A stretch of 64,000 nt of DNA from the NCBI GenBank assembly GCA_965287045.1, contig OZ336900.1, positions 12,896,001 to 12,960,000 of the forward strand, given 5' to 3'. Positions 34,181 through 47,100 of the stretch are shown here, in pieces. The notes under the pieces were generated by a model that ran no database searches, was not told the DNA's origin, and was given only the letters and a program-made list of their open reading frames with translations. The stretch is from Carcharhinus amblyrhynchos (Eukaryota). The stretch's first letter is position 1. Each line of letters begins with the position of its first letter. The translations under genes were made by a program, and so were the position numbers.

Positions 34181-36642
34181 TTCTTAGGTTCAAATCTTGT
34201 TTAGTCCAAGAACCAGGAAGAAAAAAGTCAATCTGGAAACAAACGGCACATGATATACCTATGTGGGCCTCTCTCTCCACCTGTTCCTCAAGCTTGAGCT
34301 CTATCTGCTGTTTGACTATCCGTGTATTGTGAGCAGTGATTTTTAAAGAATGTAACCTAGTAGCCGATGCCTGTAGGTGATAAATTGTTAGTCTACTTTA
34401 AACCACTGAAACCAGAAGGACCATTGAACTCAGCTTGATCTAATCAAGTACCAGATCAGAAATATTAGTAAGTAACAGAAATATTCAACTTTTTATTGGA
34501 GTTTAAAAATAAATCACTTAATCCATCCTCCCACTTTATGATCAATTTTTGTATGTGTGAACTGAATGTGCATGCAAATGAGAATCGGGGTGTTATTATT
34601 TTACTCAACCAGGGTAAGCACAAAAAAACTCTCTTTTCTTTTTTTAAAAAAATTAAGGAAACCTGCCTGTTTGGGTCTTTTACAGTCACCACATGTAAGC
34701 GGTTAAACATTCATTCAATTGACAATCATATGATTTTTTAAAAATCCCTGCCGTATTCAAAGGAGAAGAGAGAATTGGGGCGCCATTCCCCCTTTCCTCA
34801 TCTGGTCATAACAATTATTAATTACATAAATGTGTTTCAAACCAAGGCATCTTTCCCATGTGGATTGTTTTGTCCTCATCCAGTTTTGGTTTCAAAGTAA
34901 TCCAATAACTTTTAAATCCTTTTATTTTTATGGTCAGGTTTCTGACTATTTAAACAAACAGTCCAGCAATATTTAGATTTTACCAGTTTATTTGAAGTGT
35001 AAGCCTTGAAAAGATGAATATTGATTTTTCACTTGACATGTTTACATCTCACTAAAAAGTATATAAAGGCTGTAATAAAGATATCTACACACTTTACAAT
35101 CTGGTTACCTTGAATGTATAGCCTATTAAAAAATGAAAAAGCATGATCTATGATGCAATTATTGATTTGCAACCATTGTTGGAAAGTGTTACACTCAGCT
35201 ACATAAACATGATGTTTCCAAAATGTAGATTTAACATAATACACTGTTACAGGCTGAGGCATACTTAAACTACCGTTATAAATTTTTCAGATTAAAACAA
35301 TAATTTCTCGCCCGCATACAAAAATGCTTGACAAAATAAAGCACTCCATTTGCAAGAGTTTATGCATTTTAAGAACCAGATGTGAAGCTCTGAAGTGTCG
35401 TGATAAATGCATCACAGATTGCGCACAAAAATTTTGTTTTGGGGACAATTTCTCCTTTATAAATGCTTCATCACTCACTGTGGTTCATTGTTATTTCCAC
35501 AAACCTCCAATACCAAACATTATAGATCAGTACACACACTGTAGAAAATTTATACATAAATAAACTATGCTTATCTACTGCATTACATTTTATGTTTTGT
35601 TCCAAAAGACATAAATACCAAACGGTATGCCTCACAGCATGTTTACTGCGTGTTTTAAGTATACAACTGTAATTTTCCATATATATCTTACAAATTCTAT
35701 GATTTGGAGATCTGCAAAGCTTTTTATTTTGTTAACAACACGGCAAAAATCCCATAACTTCAAGAAAATTTTCCATCAAAAGGCAGGACGACATTGCTCA
35801 AACAGCATGCAAATTTCTTAGCTAAGTCTTCAGGTTTAGACATTCCTGCAGTTTATCCTTTTTAATCTGCATGCCCAGTGGGTCTGTTTTTAGATAATTG
35901 TAATAGAAAGGTTTACCAAAGACTTAACAGATGCTTAAGCAACAGCATATTAGAACATTCTTTGACTTTGGTAATGGGTCAGGGTATTGCAGCGTGGAAA
36001 ATTACTGCACCTACTTCCCATTTAAAATGAACCCACACATTACTCACTATAAATAATGTCCTTGGTAGGATAATGCTGTCATTTAGATGCGCAAGCTCTT
36101 GTGGACAGGGGCCAAAATCCAGAAAATATATAGTTTATCCATTCTATGATCACCTCGAACTACAACTCTGGGCATTGCTTTAATTCACTTTTCACTGAAA
36201 GTAACTCTGTTAAAGATTTTTCAATAATCATTTATCAAAGTCAAAATGTGACTAATATAAATGAAGAATCAGCAAAAACTATATTTTTAATCTATTAAAT
36301 GCAGCACTGGACTGCAAGTATTTAGGTCATCTCTCTAAGAATCTTTGAATGAAACAAGCCAGCCGCTATACATATTCAATTTGAGGAGAGAATTTTTCAC
36401 TATTATAATGATATTTTTTATGACAGATACAATTTGCCAATAAGTTAATAAAAGGCAGTAAACATCTTCTTGAATCCCACTTCCCTGCCCATCCACCTCA
36501 CTGCAGAAAATTACAGAAAAATAATGGCAAAATTCTTTGGACAGGTCTACTGCCTAGCTTTATAGTGTAGTTATGCAGTGTGGGGAAAACTAAGGAAATT
36601 GAAGTGAACAAAAAAAAGTAACTAAATGAACACACTGGTAAT

Positions 36643-36808
36643 AGAGTCATAAAGGTGTACAGAATGGAAACAGGCCCTACAGCTGAACTTGTCCATGCTG
36701 CCCAGTTCTTACCACTAAGCTTGTCCCAATTGCCTGCATTTGGCCCATATTCATCTATACCCATCTTGCCCATGTAACTGTCTAAATGCTTTTTAAAAGA
36801 CAAAATTA
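36643..36808 (-). mobile_element. CR1 LINE 3' end (different subfamily)
   Basis: Minus frame ILSFKKHLDSYMGKMGIDEYGPNAGNWD followed by a CR1-like 3'UTR. Confidence 0.75.
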
Positions 36809-37089
36809 TATAACAAAAGATCAAAGGCCAAATGGAAGCCCAGCTTATCCTTGTCTCTACCACTCTCTCTACGTCATCAGGTGACTTGTCCTGCATATCC
36901 TGTCCTGCAAGAGCAGCAATTTCTTCTAATTAAACAGTTGAAAACCAATGTCATCATGTTTGGCCCTCACCACAATCTAAAACTGTAGCACTAAATTTTT
37001 CCCCATTCCTCTATGCTCCAAGATCCTTGTGCTCATCTAATTCCAGCCTCGAGGATCCCCAATTTTAAACACTCCACCAACACAGTAAT

Positions 37090-38130
37090 ACTGTGGAAAC
37101 ATGGCCCCTTTAATGACCAGGCTGGAACCAATGGAGTATGTGAACCTGGACTAATCGGGAGTGAGGGCATGCATTCCTGGAGCTGGAAGGCTTCAGTTGG
37201 TGTCAGAGCGTTGTTGGGAGTAGACCTGTATAGTTACATTGTTAAACCATTAATTGTACATGGTTCTTCTTAGTCAATAAATCTTTTAGTTTGTTACTTG
37301 CCAATGAGGACAAACCTGATCAGTTGTTGAATGCCCACAGTGCAGAATTAGAGGGGGAGGAGAACGATATCTCAAAGTTCAAAGGTGAAAAGGTATGGAC
37401 TCCATTTTAAAGATGCTGCTATTTGGGAAAATAGAACTATTTGATCCACAAGTTGGGGGGGGGGGGTGCATTATATTGAGAGATTTTGCGGCCAATGAAA
37501 TAACAGCTGAAGAGAAGCAGAAGGTGATGTTGTTCATAGTGTGCAGTCCACAGACCTACAATCTGGTGAGGAATTTGATGTCACCTGAAGCTTCTGACAT
37601 GCTAGCCTTTGACCAGTTAGTAAATTTAGTAAAGGATCACCATAACCCCCAGACCTTCTGTTATTAAGTAAAGGTACAAATTCCACTTTGCTGTTCAGGA
37701 GCCAGGAGAGACAGTCTCTGGCTTCAATGGCTGGCTGAGCACTACAAGTTTGGGCCTTTGTTGGGAGACATGTTGAGGGATCGTTTGGTTTGTGAGATCA
37801 ACAACCTCAACATCCAAAAGAAACTGCTGGCTGAAACCAAGATTTCACTAGAAAAAGCAGCAGAGATGGTACAAGTGCCTCAATGGGCTCTGCAAGGCAT
37901 GTGTGAGCTGCATGAGGTGAACCAGTTGTGGTTTGAAATGGTTGCTACTGGGAACAGCCTGAGTGAAGGCGCAGCAGAACCTGAGAGGAGTTGTTCAGCA
38001 TCAGAGACGGAGGCATTTTTTCAGTGTTCGGGAGACCACCCCCAAGAGATGTGCCTCGGCAAGAATTTTATCTGCTTCAGATGCAAGAAGGGTTGTCTAC
38101 AAGCTAGATGTAGAGTGAAGCAGGCTACAT
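37090..38130 (+). mobile_element. Gypsy LTR plus gag relic, truncated by CR1
   Basis: LTR-like start TGTGGAAACATGGCCCCTTTAA with AATAAA at ~37276; gag MLLFGKIELFDP...FAANEI...TYNLVRNLMSPE, DMLRDRLVC.IN...IQKKLLAE, degenerate CCHC knuckles. Confidence 0.8.
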
Positions 38131-38154
38131 AGAACGCTGCAAAGTAAAAACGAA

Positions 38155-39720
38155 AAGCTTGAGTATGTGGACATTAAGAAAGAGGATGTGTTGGAGCTTT
38201 TGAATAGCATGAAGATAGGTAAGTCGCTGGGACCGGATGGGATGTACCCCAGGTTATTGTGGGAGTTGAGGGAAGAGATTGCAGAGCCTCTGGCGATGAT
38301 CTTTGTGTCATCGATGGTGACGGGAGAGGTTGCGGAGGATTGCGGATGTGGTTCCTATATTCAAGAAAGGGAATAAAGATAGCCCAGGAAATTATCAACT
38401 GGTGAGTCTAACCTCAGTGGTTGATAAGTTGATGAAGAAGATGAACATTTAGAGAAGTATAGTATGATCAAAAGTAGTCAGCACGGCTTTGTCAAAGGCA
38501 GATCGTGCCTTACGAGCCTGGTTGAGTTTTTTGAAGATGTGACGAAACACATTGACGAAGGAAGAGCGGTAGACGTGGTTTATATGGACTTCAGCAAGGC
38601 GTTCGATAAGGTCCCCATGCACGACTTATTGAGAAAGAGAGGGGGCATGGGATCCAAGAGGACGTTGCTTTGTGGATCTAGAACTGGCTTGCCCACAGAA
38701 GGCAGAGAGTGGTTGTAGATGGGTCTTTTTCTGCATGGAGGTTGGTTACCAGTGGAGTGCTCCATGGATCTGTTCTGGGATCCTTGCTATTTGTGATTTT
38801 TATAAATGACCTGGATGAGGAAGTGGAGGGATGGGTTGGTAAGTTTGCCGATGACACAAAGGTTGGAGGTGTTGTAGATAGTTTGGAGGGATGTCAGAAG
38901 TTGCAACGTGACATAGATAGGATGCAAGACTGGGCAGAGAAGTGGCAGATGGACTTCAACCTGGATAAGTGTGTGGTGGTTCATTCTGGCAGTTCAAGTG
39001 GGATGAAGGAATATAGTATTAAGGGTATGACTCTTAGCAGTGTGAAAGATCAGAAGGATCTTGGGGTCTAGGTTCATAGGACTCTCAAATCGGCTTCGCA
39101 GGTAGAGGATGTGGTTAAGAAGGCATATGGTGTACTGGCCTTCATCAATCGAGGATTTGAGTTTAGGAGTCAGCATTAAGACCCTGGTCAGACCCCACTT
39201 GGAGTATTGTGCGCAGTTCTGGTGGCCTCATTACACGGAGGATGTGGAAGCCATTGAAAGGGTGCAGAGAAGATTTACAAGGATGTTGCCTGGATTGGGT
39301 GGCATGCCTAATGAGGATAGGTTGAGAGAGCTCGGTCTTTTTTCCTCGGAGAGACAAAGGACGAGAGGTGACCTGATAGAGGTATATAAAATGTTGAGAG
39401 GTATTGATCGGGTGGATTCTCAGAGGCTTTTTCCCAGGGCTGAAATGGCTGCCACAAGAGGACACAGGTTTAGGGTGCTGGGGAGGGTACAGAGGAGACG
39501 TCAGGGGTAAGTTTTTCACTCAGAGGGTGGTGGGTGTGTGGAATCAGCTGCCGGTGGTGGTGGTGGAGGCAAATTCTATAGGGTCTTTGAAGAGACTTCT
39601 GGATGAGTACATGGGACTTTGTAGGATTGAGGGTTATAAGTAAGCCTAGTAAGCAGAGATATGGTCGGCCCAACTTGTGGGCCGAAGGGCCTGTTTGTGT
39701 TGTAGTTCTTCTATGTTCTA
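38155..39720 (+). mobile_element. 5'-truncated CR1 LINE ORF2 (RT) with frameshifts
   Basis: KSLGPDGMYPRLL, SQHGFVKGRSCLT, VDVVYMDFSKAFDKVP, FINDLD, KFADDTK, RPHLEYCAQFW; tail TTCTTCTATGTTCTA. Confidence 0.95.
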
Positions 39721-40022
39721 AATATTGTACTTAATTAGCTGCCCACTTTGTGATCTCGGACAGAGCTCCACAGTTTCTGAATAGATAGCAAATTTGTTTG
39801 TAATCTATAATGGATGGAAGCAAAAAGTAGCAGAATCCAATATACATTTGAATCAAAGATGTATAGGTTTATATCCTATGTCCTAAAGCAAATCACTAAT
39901 TTGACTTTTCAAAAACGCATTTTTTACTCAAGGGGTAATACAATGCTGGGTTCACCCTGAATAGAAACCTATTTCAGACATATACCATTTTATATAAGAT
40001 TTGAATGCAGACTGTTGGCAAT

Positions 40023-40570
40023 CTGTTCAACCATGGAATGGTTAGGGCAGCACGGTGGCACAGTGGTCAGCACTGCGGCCTCACAACACCAAGGACCTGG
40101 GTTCAATTCCGGCTTCGGGTAACCGTGTGGAGTTTGCGTATTCTCCCCCAGTCTGTGTGGCTTTCCTCCCACAGTCCAAAGATGTGCAGTTTAGGTAGAT
40201 TAGCTATGCTGTTCCCTGCTGCCATCCAACTTTTGAATCGACCTATTGCATTAAGTTGATCTTTCTCTACACCCTAGCTGTAACTGTAACACTAAGTTCT
40301 GTACTCTTTCACTTCCTTCTCGATGGACAGTATGCTTTGTCTGTATATCACGCAAGAAACAATACTTTCAGTGTATGCTAATACATGCAACAATAATAAA
40401 TCAAATCAATTCAAAATCCTTGGTGTCCCAAATTGAGTAGGTTAGGAGGATTAGCCATGGTAAACCACAGAGTTACAGGGACAGGCCCGGGTGGGATGGT
40501 CTTTTAGCAAATTGGTGCAGACTTGATGAGCCAAATGGCCTCTTTTTGTACTGCAGGGATTCAATGGATT
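40023..40570 (+). mobile_element. HE1-like V-SINE split by a LINE-tail insertion (~40208-40413)
   Basis: Head and V-domain at 40023-40207; insert ending AATAATAAATCAAATCAATTCAAA; the SINE resumes at ~40415 and runs to GCAGGGATTCAATGGATTCT. Confidence 0.8.
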
Positions 40571-42524
40571 CTGTGGAGGGGGTGGGGAAGGGTGGTGGTT
40601 ATCACGATCATGATCAATACTGTTTTCACTGGGATCTACAGATAAACCTTTCAACAGGGGTCTTTGCGTCATCAACAGCAAATCACCTGGTTGATGTTTT
40701 CTCCTTTTCAGTAAGGCTGTTTTGAATTTCAATTTAAAATTCAAAGTTTATAAGTTTTGTCATCTTTGTTGCACCCAAAGTGAGCTTGGCTTATGCAATG
40801 TGGACTGGGAATCAGCATTGCAATATTGCCACAAACATAAACAGAGGAAGTAAACAAGATTGGGGCGTCTGAGTGAATTTCTAGAGATAATTAAACCTTG
40901 GGGTCAGATGATTGGATTGATAAATCAATGCACAATTGATGACATCATCTGAAGTCCTCAGATAGATTATTGTCTTGTATTACAGTGACAGGTAGGGAGA
41001 TTATCCTTCATTTCATTTACTTGCCACTGCAAGGAAGAGAATCTTGCATCATGTAGAGTTGCCACACAGCCTGCACTTCCCAGAACCAGCTGCTAACTGC
41101 TTTACTCAGAATTTTAGTTGATACAGTCCAGGAACAGAGACAAACTGGTGAGGCCTGATGATGGAGTGAGTAGACGGATATCAAAATTATCAGTTTGTAC
41201 TGAACTCCACAACCCAAATAGCCACCGTGTCCATGAGCAGCATCCAGTCTTTTGTTCTGACAGAGATAAGATGTATAAATTATGAGTGGTTGACAAAGTA
41301 TACTCCAGTGCCTGAGGCAGCTCATCAATCATTTTCAGCATGTCGGCAGGTAACTGATGTGGCCCCTGCTGGCATTTCCCATTCAGGTGAGAAGCGAGCA
41401 ATGAAAGCATTGCCATTGAACAAACACAGCAGCTGAGCTTTATTTAAGGTTCTTTTAATTTGAAAGTTGTTTATCTTAAGATACTCAGGCTTTTGCAGGT
41501 TTGTATCTCTTGGATATTGAGAGCTGTGGTCCCACAGCAGTAAATGATCATTCCAGGCATGGCAGAACTGCTTTGGAGATCATCCATTGCTTGCTGTTTG
41601 GAAGGTGGGATGAAGCTGAGGAGACCTTTGTTCTTTCAGTTATCACTAGCTTCAAACGGTCTTCAATGTCAGCAGATTCCCTCATCTTACCACAGGCTTT
41701 GGCCAAGCTACACAGAGGCTAAGCTCACAAAAAGTAAAACTGCTTCAATTACTGACTGTGGATCATTCCCAGTCACTCTGACACCATCCCCCACCATTCG
41801 CCCCTCAATCTGGCTTTGTGCCATGTCTTTATATGTTCAAATCCTCATTTGCTTTGCCGAACACACAAACCTGAAGCAAATTAATTTACGCAGTGCCAGA
41901 CTGACATTGAGGATAGACTGGTCTCTTTACCTTTGTCACTTGTTCGGTGTAATTAGATTGGGTGGAGGGGAATAATGTTGCTGTGCAAGCTGACAGATCA
42001 ACTGGGCTTTTAAAGTGTCAGGATCAGACTTGGTCTAACTAATCAATGGGTCACTACGAGAAGATGTGTCTATGCCTTTTGTGTCAAAGGCCTAAAACCA
42101 AAGCAAGTTGTTCTGAAGACATACATTTTTCATCTCCACCGTAATGAAGGAAAAAAGTATAATCACTTTAAAATTAAACCTCTGATTATCAGACATCTTG
42201 CATGCCTGACACAGCTGCTGCAGGATTAATTAAACATCATGTGTTGTACTAGTTAACTTAAAAAAAGACTAAACTTCATTGCAATTATACTTTTTCCAAC
42301 AGGCATCCAAAAATGATTTATGCTTTCACTGTAATTACAGCCCCATTCCCATGATGATAAAGAAAGCTTGACACTTGAATATTACCAAAGAGAATAGATT
42401 AACAAGTGCAATGTGCAAATTGTCTTCCTCCCAAAGCTTATAAATGTTGAAGTCACAACTTTTTTTTCCCTTCCCACAGGTAAGGCATTACATTGAATGT
42501 ATAAACAATAGATATTAGGTTGCC

Positions 42525-42745
42525 AATCCTCTCTGCCTCCTTCAAGACATGCCTTAAAATACTCCACATTGACCAAGCTTTTTCTTATCTGTCGCAGTGC
42601 CACCTTTTGTGGCTTGGTGTAATTTTATTTGATGAGATGATTATATTCCTACGAAGCATCACCATCACCTTCTCAAGAACAATTAGAGATTGGCAATAAA
42701 TGCTGTTCTTGCCTGTAATGCCCCACCCCATAAACAAATAAAAAG
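42525..42745 (+). mobile_element. Two adjacent LINE 3' tail fragments (L2-like and 'GGCAATAAATGCTG' type)
   Basis: CCTTAAAATACTCCACATTGACCAAGCTTTT and ACCATCACCTTCTCAAGAACAATTAGAGATTGGCAATAAATGCTG. Confidence 0.55.
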
Positions 42746-42994
42746 TGTTTTTGCTATGTTAAAGATGCTAGAGAAATGCCTGTTGTTGCTGTAACAACAG
42801 GCTTAATAATTTCTTCAGCAACATTAATTCATGCTGATATGTACACAAAAGTTGTATAATATCAATTATCCTGCCATTTAAAATCAAGAAAACAATCCAG
42901 TTCCATTGCTAGAGCCTTTTCACCAGCTTGGATTTGAAGTTAATACTTTTGCCACAAATAACAACTTATATATACCCATCTTTAATACTTGCCA

Positions 42995-45900
42995 TTGATT
43001 ACGGACATATAAACGAGGAGTAGGAGTAAACCACGTGGCCCCTCATGCTTACTCCATCATTCAATAAAATTATGGCTGATCTGGTTAGACCCTCAACCCC
43101 ATATACCTGCCTACCTCTGAAAAATTTTACCCACTTGTTAGTCAAAAATTTATTTAGCTCTGCCTTAAAAATATTCAATGATCTTGCTTCCACTAGCTTT
43201 TAAGTAAGTGAGTTCCAAAGGCCTATGATTGTCAGAAAACTTTTTCCTCACCTTAAATGAGTGACCCTTTAGTTTTAAACAGTGATCCCCAGTTCTACAT
43301 TCTCTAACAAGAGGAACATCCTGTCAGTACCCCTCAGGATCCTAAAGGTTTCAATCAAATTGCACTTTATTCTTCTAAACTCTAGTGGACACAAACCTAA
43401 CCTCTCCAACCTTCTCCTCTAAGACAATCCATCCACTTCTAGTATTGGTAAAGTAAAACCTGCTCTGACCTAAAGTATTTACATCTTTCCTTAGATAAGG
43501 AGACCAATACTCCAGATGTGGTCTCAACAACGCCCTGTACAATCTCCCTTCTTTTGTGATCAATTTTCCTTACAACAATTATTAGCATCCTATTAGCATT
43601 CCTAATTATTTGCTGTACCTGTATACTAACCTTTTGTGATTCATGCACTTAAGGCATCCAGAACCCTCCGCATCTCACAGCAATGCAATTTCTCACCATT
43701 TAGATAATACATTTCTTTATTCTTCCGGCAAAAATGGACAATTTCACATTTATCCACATTATACTCCATTTGCCAGATTTTTGCCCACTTACGTAACCTA
43801 TGTCTCATTGTAGCCCCCTTAGGCCTTCTAAACAATTTACTTTCCTATCTATCCTTGTATCGTCAGCAAATTTAGCAACATATCTGCAGTGCTTTCATCC
43901 AAGTAATTTATATAAATTGTAATAAGTTGAGACACAAGCAACGATCAGTTGCACTCCACTCACCACACCCTGCTCACCAGAAAAAGATCCATTTGTGCTA
44001 ACTGTTTCTTGTTAGTTGACCAATTATCTATCCATGCCAATATGTTACCTCTACATTTTGAACTTTCATTTTCCATGATAACCTCTTATGTGGCACCTTA
44101 TCAAATGCCTTCTGGAAATCTAAGTACTGGTTACTTAGTATGTGACTCCTACAAATAAGTTCATTAAATTGGTTAAACATGGTTTCCCTTTTCCAAAACC
44201 ATTTTGACTCTCCCCGATTGCCTTAATTTTTTCCAAGTGCCCTGCTGAAACATCTTTAATAATGTCTTCTAAGATTTTCCTTTAAAGGCTAACAAGCCTG
44301 TAGTTTCCTGTTTTCTGTCTCCCTCCTATTTTGAATAATGTTTGCTAAGTTCCAACTTAATGGAACCTTCCCTGAATTTAGGGAATTTTGAAAAATTAAA
44401 AACAATACATAAGCTATCTCATTTGCCATTTCCTTGAAGACCTTAGAGTGAAGTCCACCCGGATCTAGGGATTTGTCACTCTACAGAACCAACACTTTGT
44501 TCGATTCCATTTCCCTAGTAATTGTAATTTTCTTGAGTACCTCTCTCCCTTCCACTTCCTGGTTGACAGCTATTTCTGGGATATTATTTGTGTTTCTATA
44601 GCGAAGACCAATGCAAAATACCTGTTTAGTTGATCTGACATTGTCCCACTTTCTATCATCAATTCCACAGAAACACTTTCTAAAGGACTAACACTCATGT
44701 TGTTAACTCTTTTCTTATTTAAATATCAACAGAAACTCTTACACTCCATCTTAATATTACGAGCTAGTTTTCTCTTGTACTCCAGTTTTTCCCTCTTAAT
44801 CAATCTTGTTATTCTTCGATGCTCTCTATATTCTTTACAACCTTCTGACCTGATACTCACCTTTACACAAATACATGCTACTTCTTTAAATTTAATACTT
44901 TTTTAGCTAACTGCAGATGGCAGGACTTTTTCTCTTTCATTGAAAATTGTTTATTCTCTGTATTTTGAAATGTCCCTTCAAATGTCTGCCACTGAATTGC
45001 TATTGATCCATCCCTTAAGCACATTTGCTCATACATTCTAGCTGTCTCTGCTTTTATAATGGTCCTTATTTAAATTGAAAATACTAGACTTGGATGCACT
45101 CTTCTCTCCTGCCATGGAATGTAAAATTCAATCATATTATGATCAATGCCACCTAGGTGTGCCTTCACTATGAGGTAATCCATTAATCCTATCTCATTGC
45201 ACCATATCAGGGCTAATAAAGTTTGTTCTTAGAATGTGCTGTTCCAAGGAACTACCCCAAAACATTCTATGAACACCACATCTATGCTACCTTTGTCAAT
45301 CTGATTTTTCCAATGTATATGTATATTAATGTAGATTAAAGTCCCCTATGATTATCCCTGTACCTTTCATACTCTGTCCTACCATGTAGTGACAATTAGA
45401 CGCTGGGGGCGGTGGGGTGCACTACTCCCTTCAGTGACTTCTTGCCTTAATCAATTCTCGTCTCAATCCAAACTGCTTATATATCTCGGTTTCCTGAACT
45501 TAAGGCTTCCCTCTCTAATATGCTAATACCATCATTAATTAAAAGAGCTACCCCTCCACTCATGCTTAATTTCTGTCCTTCATAAAGGGTCACACATCCC
45601 TCGATATTCAGGTCCCAATCTAGGTCATCCTGTATCAATGTCTCAGCAATGGCTATCAGATAATATTTATTAATTCCAATTTGCACTATCAGTTCCTCTG
45701 TTTTGTTTTAAATACTGTGAGTGTTTAGATAGTTATTAATTTTGAATTTTTGTTATTTTTGTAACATTTAGCCTTAGCTGCTGATTTACTCTCGATTTGT
45801 ACTCCCTGTCCCTTCCTGCTATAGTCTGTTTATTATTTTCATTATTAGTATCTTCGTTTCTTGCCTTTTCTACACTGTTCAGTGTACCATATCTTCCCCA

Positions 45901-47100
45901 ATTTGATCCCTTGCCCTACTATTCAGTTCAAAACTCTCTCTACTTCCCTAGTTATGCAGCTCATTAGAACATCAGTCCCAGCATGGTTCAGGTATAGACC
46001 ATCCCAACATTACTGATTCCACTTTCCCCAGCAATTATGCCAGTATCCCATGAACTGGAACTCACTTTTCCCACAACAGTCTTTGAGTTGTGCATTAATT
46101 TCTTGAATCTGATTTATCCAATGCCAATTTGCAAATGGCTCATTTAATAATCCAGGAACCTGTGAGGTTCTGCTTCTTAATTTGGTGCCTAGTTCCTCAT
46201 ACTGATTCTACAGAACCTCCTTCCTCATCCTGCCTATGTTTATAATACCTTATCTGAATCCTCTCTCTCCCAGTTAAGTTCCACTCTAGCCCAGACCAGA
46301 TGTCCCAAACCCTGGCACTGTCAGGTAACACAGCCATCTGGTATCTCACTCCTTGCTGCAAAGAACAGTGTTTATCTCCTGCACTATATGGTCCCCTGCT
46401 ACTATTACATTATGTGCACCCTCCACTCGTAAAGCTTTTTGTACCATGGTGTCACCCTCAGTCAGCTCATCCACCCTGCAGACCCCCATTCTCATACAAA
46501 CAAGCAAGAACTTCAAATCTGCCGGACAATTTCAGAGGCTGACACACCTGCCCAATGGGTTTTCTTATCTGCCTCAGTTGCAGTCACATTCTCCTGTCCT
46601 GACCAAATCAGAAGATTGTATGCTGAGAAGTGTGACTTCTTCCTAGCACAAAGCATCCAGGTAACTTACTTCCTCCCTGATGTGTCACAGTGTCTGCAGC
46701 TCAGCCTTCAGCTCCGAGCAAAGTTCCTCAAGCTGCAAATGCTTATTCGAGATGTGATCGACCGGATCACAATATAATTCAGGAGTTCCCACATGCTGCA
46801 GCCTTGACAGATCACCTGCCCTGCCATCTTGATGTGTTTTAAATAACTACTTAATTGAATTATCTATATACAGTTCTTTTTATATAATTTATTAATTTCA
46901 CCACCAAGTTACATATTGTCTTAAACCTTAGAGTAGAACTTACTCACTTACCAGATTTGTATCAGTTAGCTCCTTTCCCTGTTATAGAGTTAAGAATCTG
47001 TCCTAAAGGGTAAGAAAGATAGAAAGCAAAGGAAAACAAACTCCTGCTTCCCCCTTCACTGAGCTCCCTCACTTACCAAACTCCAAGCTTGTACTCAGCT
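42995..47100 (-). mobile_element. Near full-length, old CR1 LINE (5'UTR, ORF1 with zinc finger and SGNH esterase, ORF2 EN-RT, 3'UTR)
   Basis: ORF1 start MAGQVICQGCSMWE at ~46830-46785; esterase-like DGLYLNHAGT at ~46005-45975; endonuclease LIAIAET (45477..45686); RT VAKFADDT ~43860, WQMEYNVDKC, RPHLEYWSPYL; 3'UTR ~43010. Confidence 0.85.
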
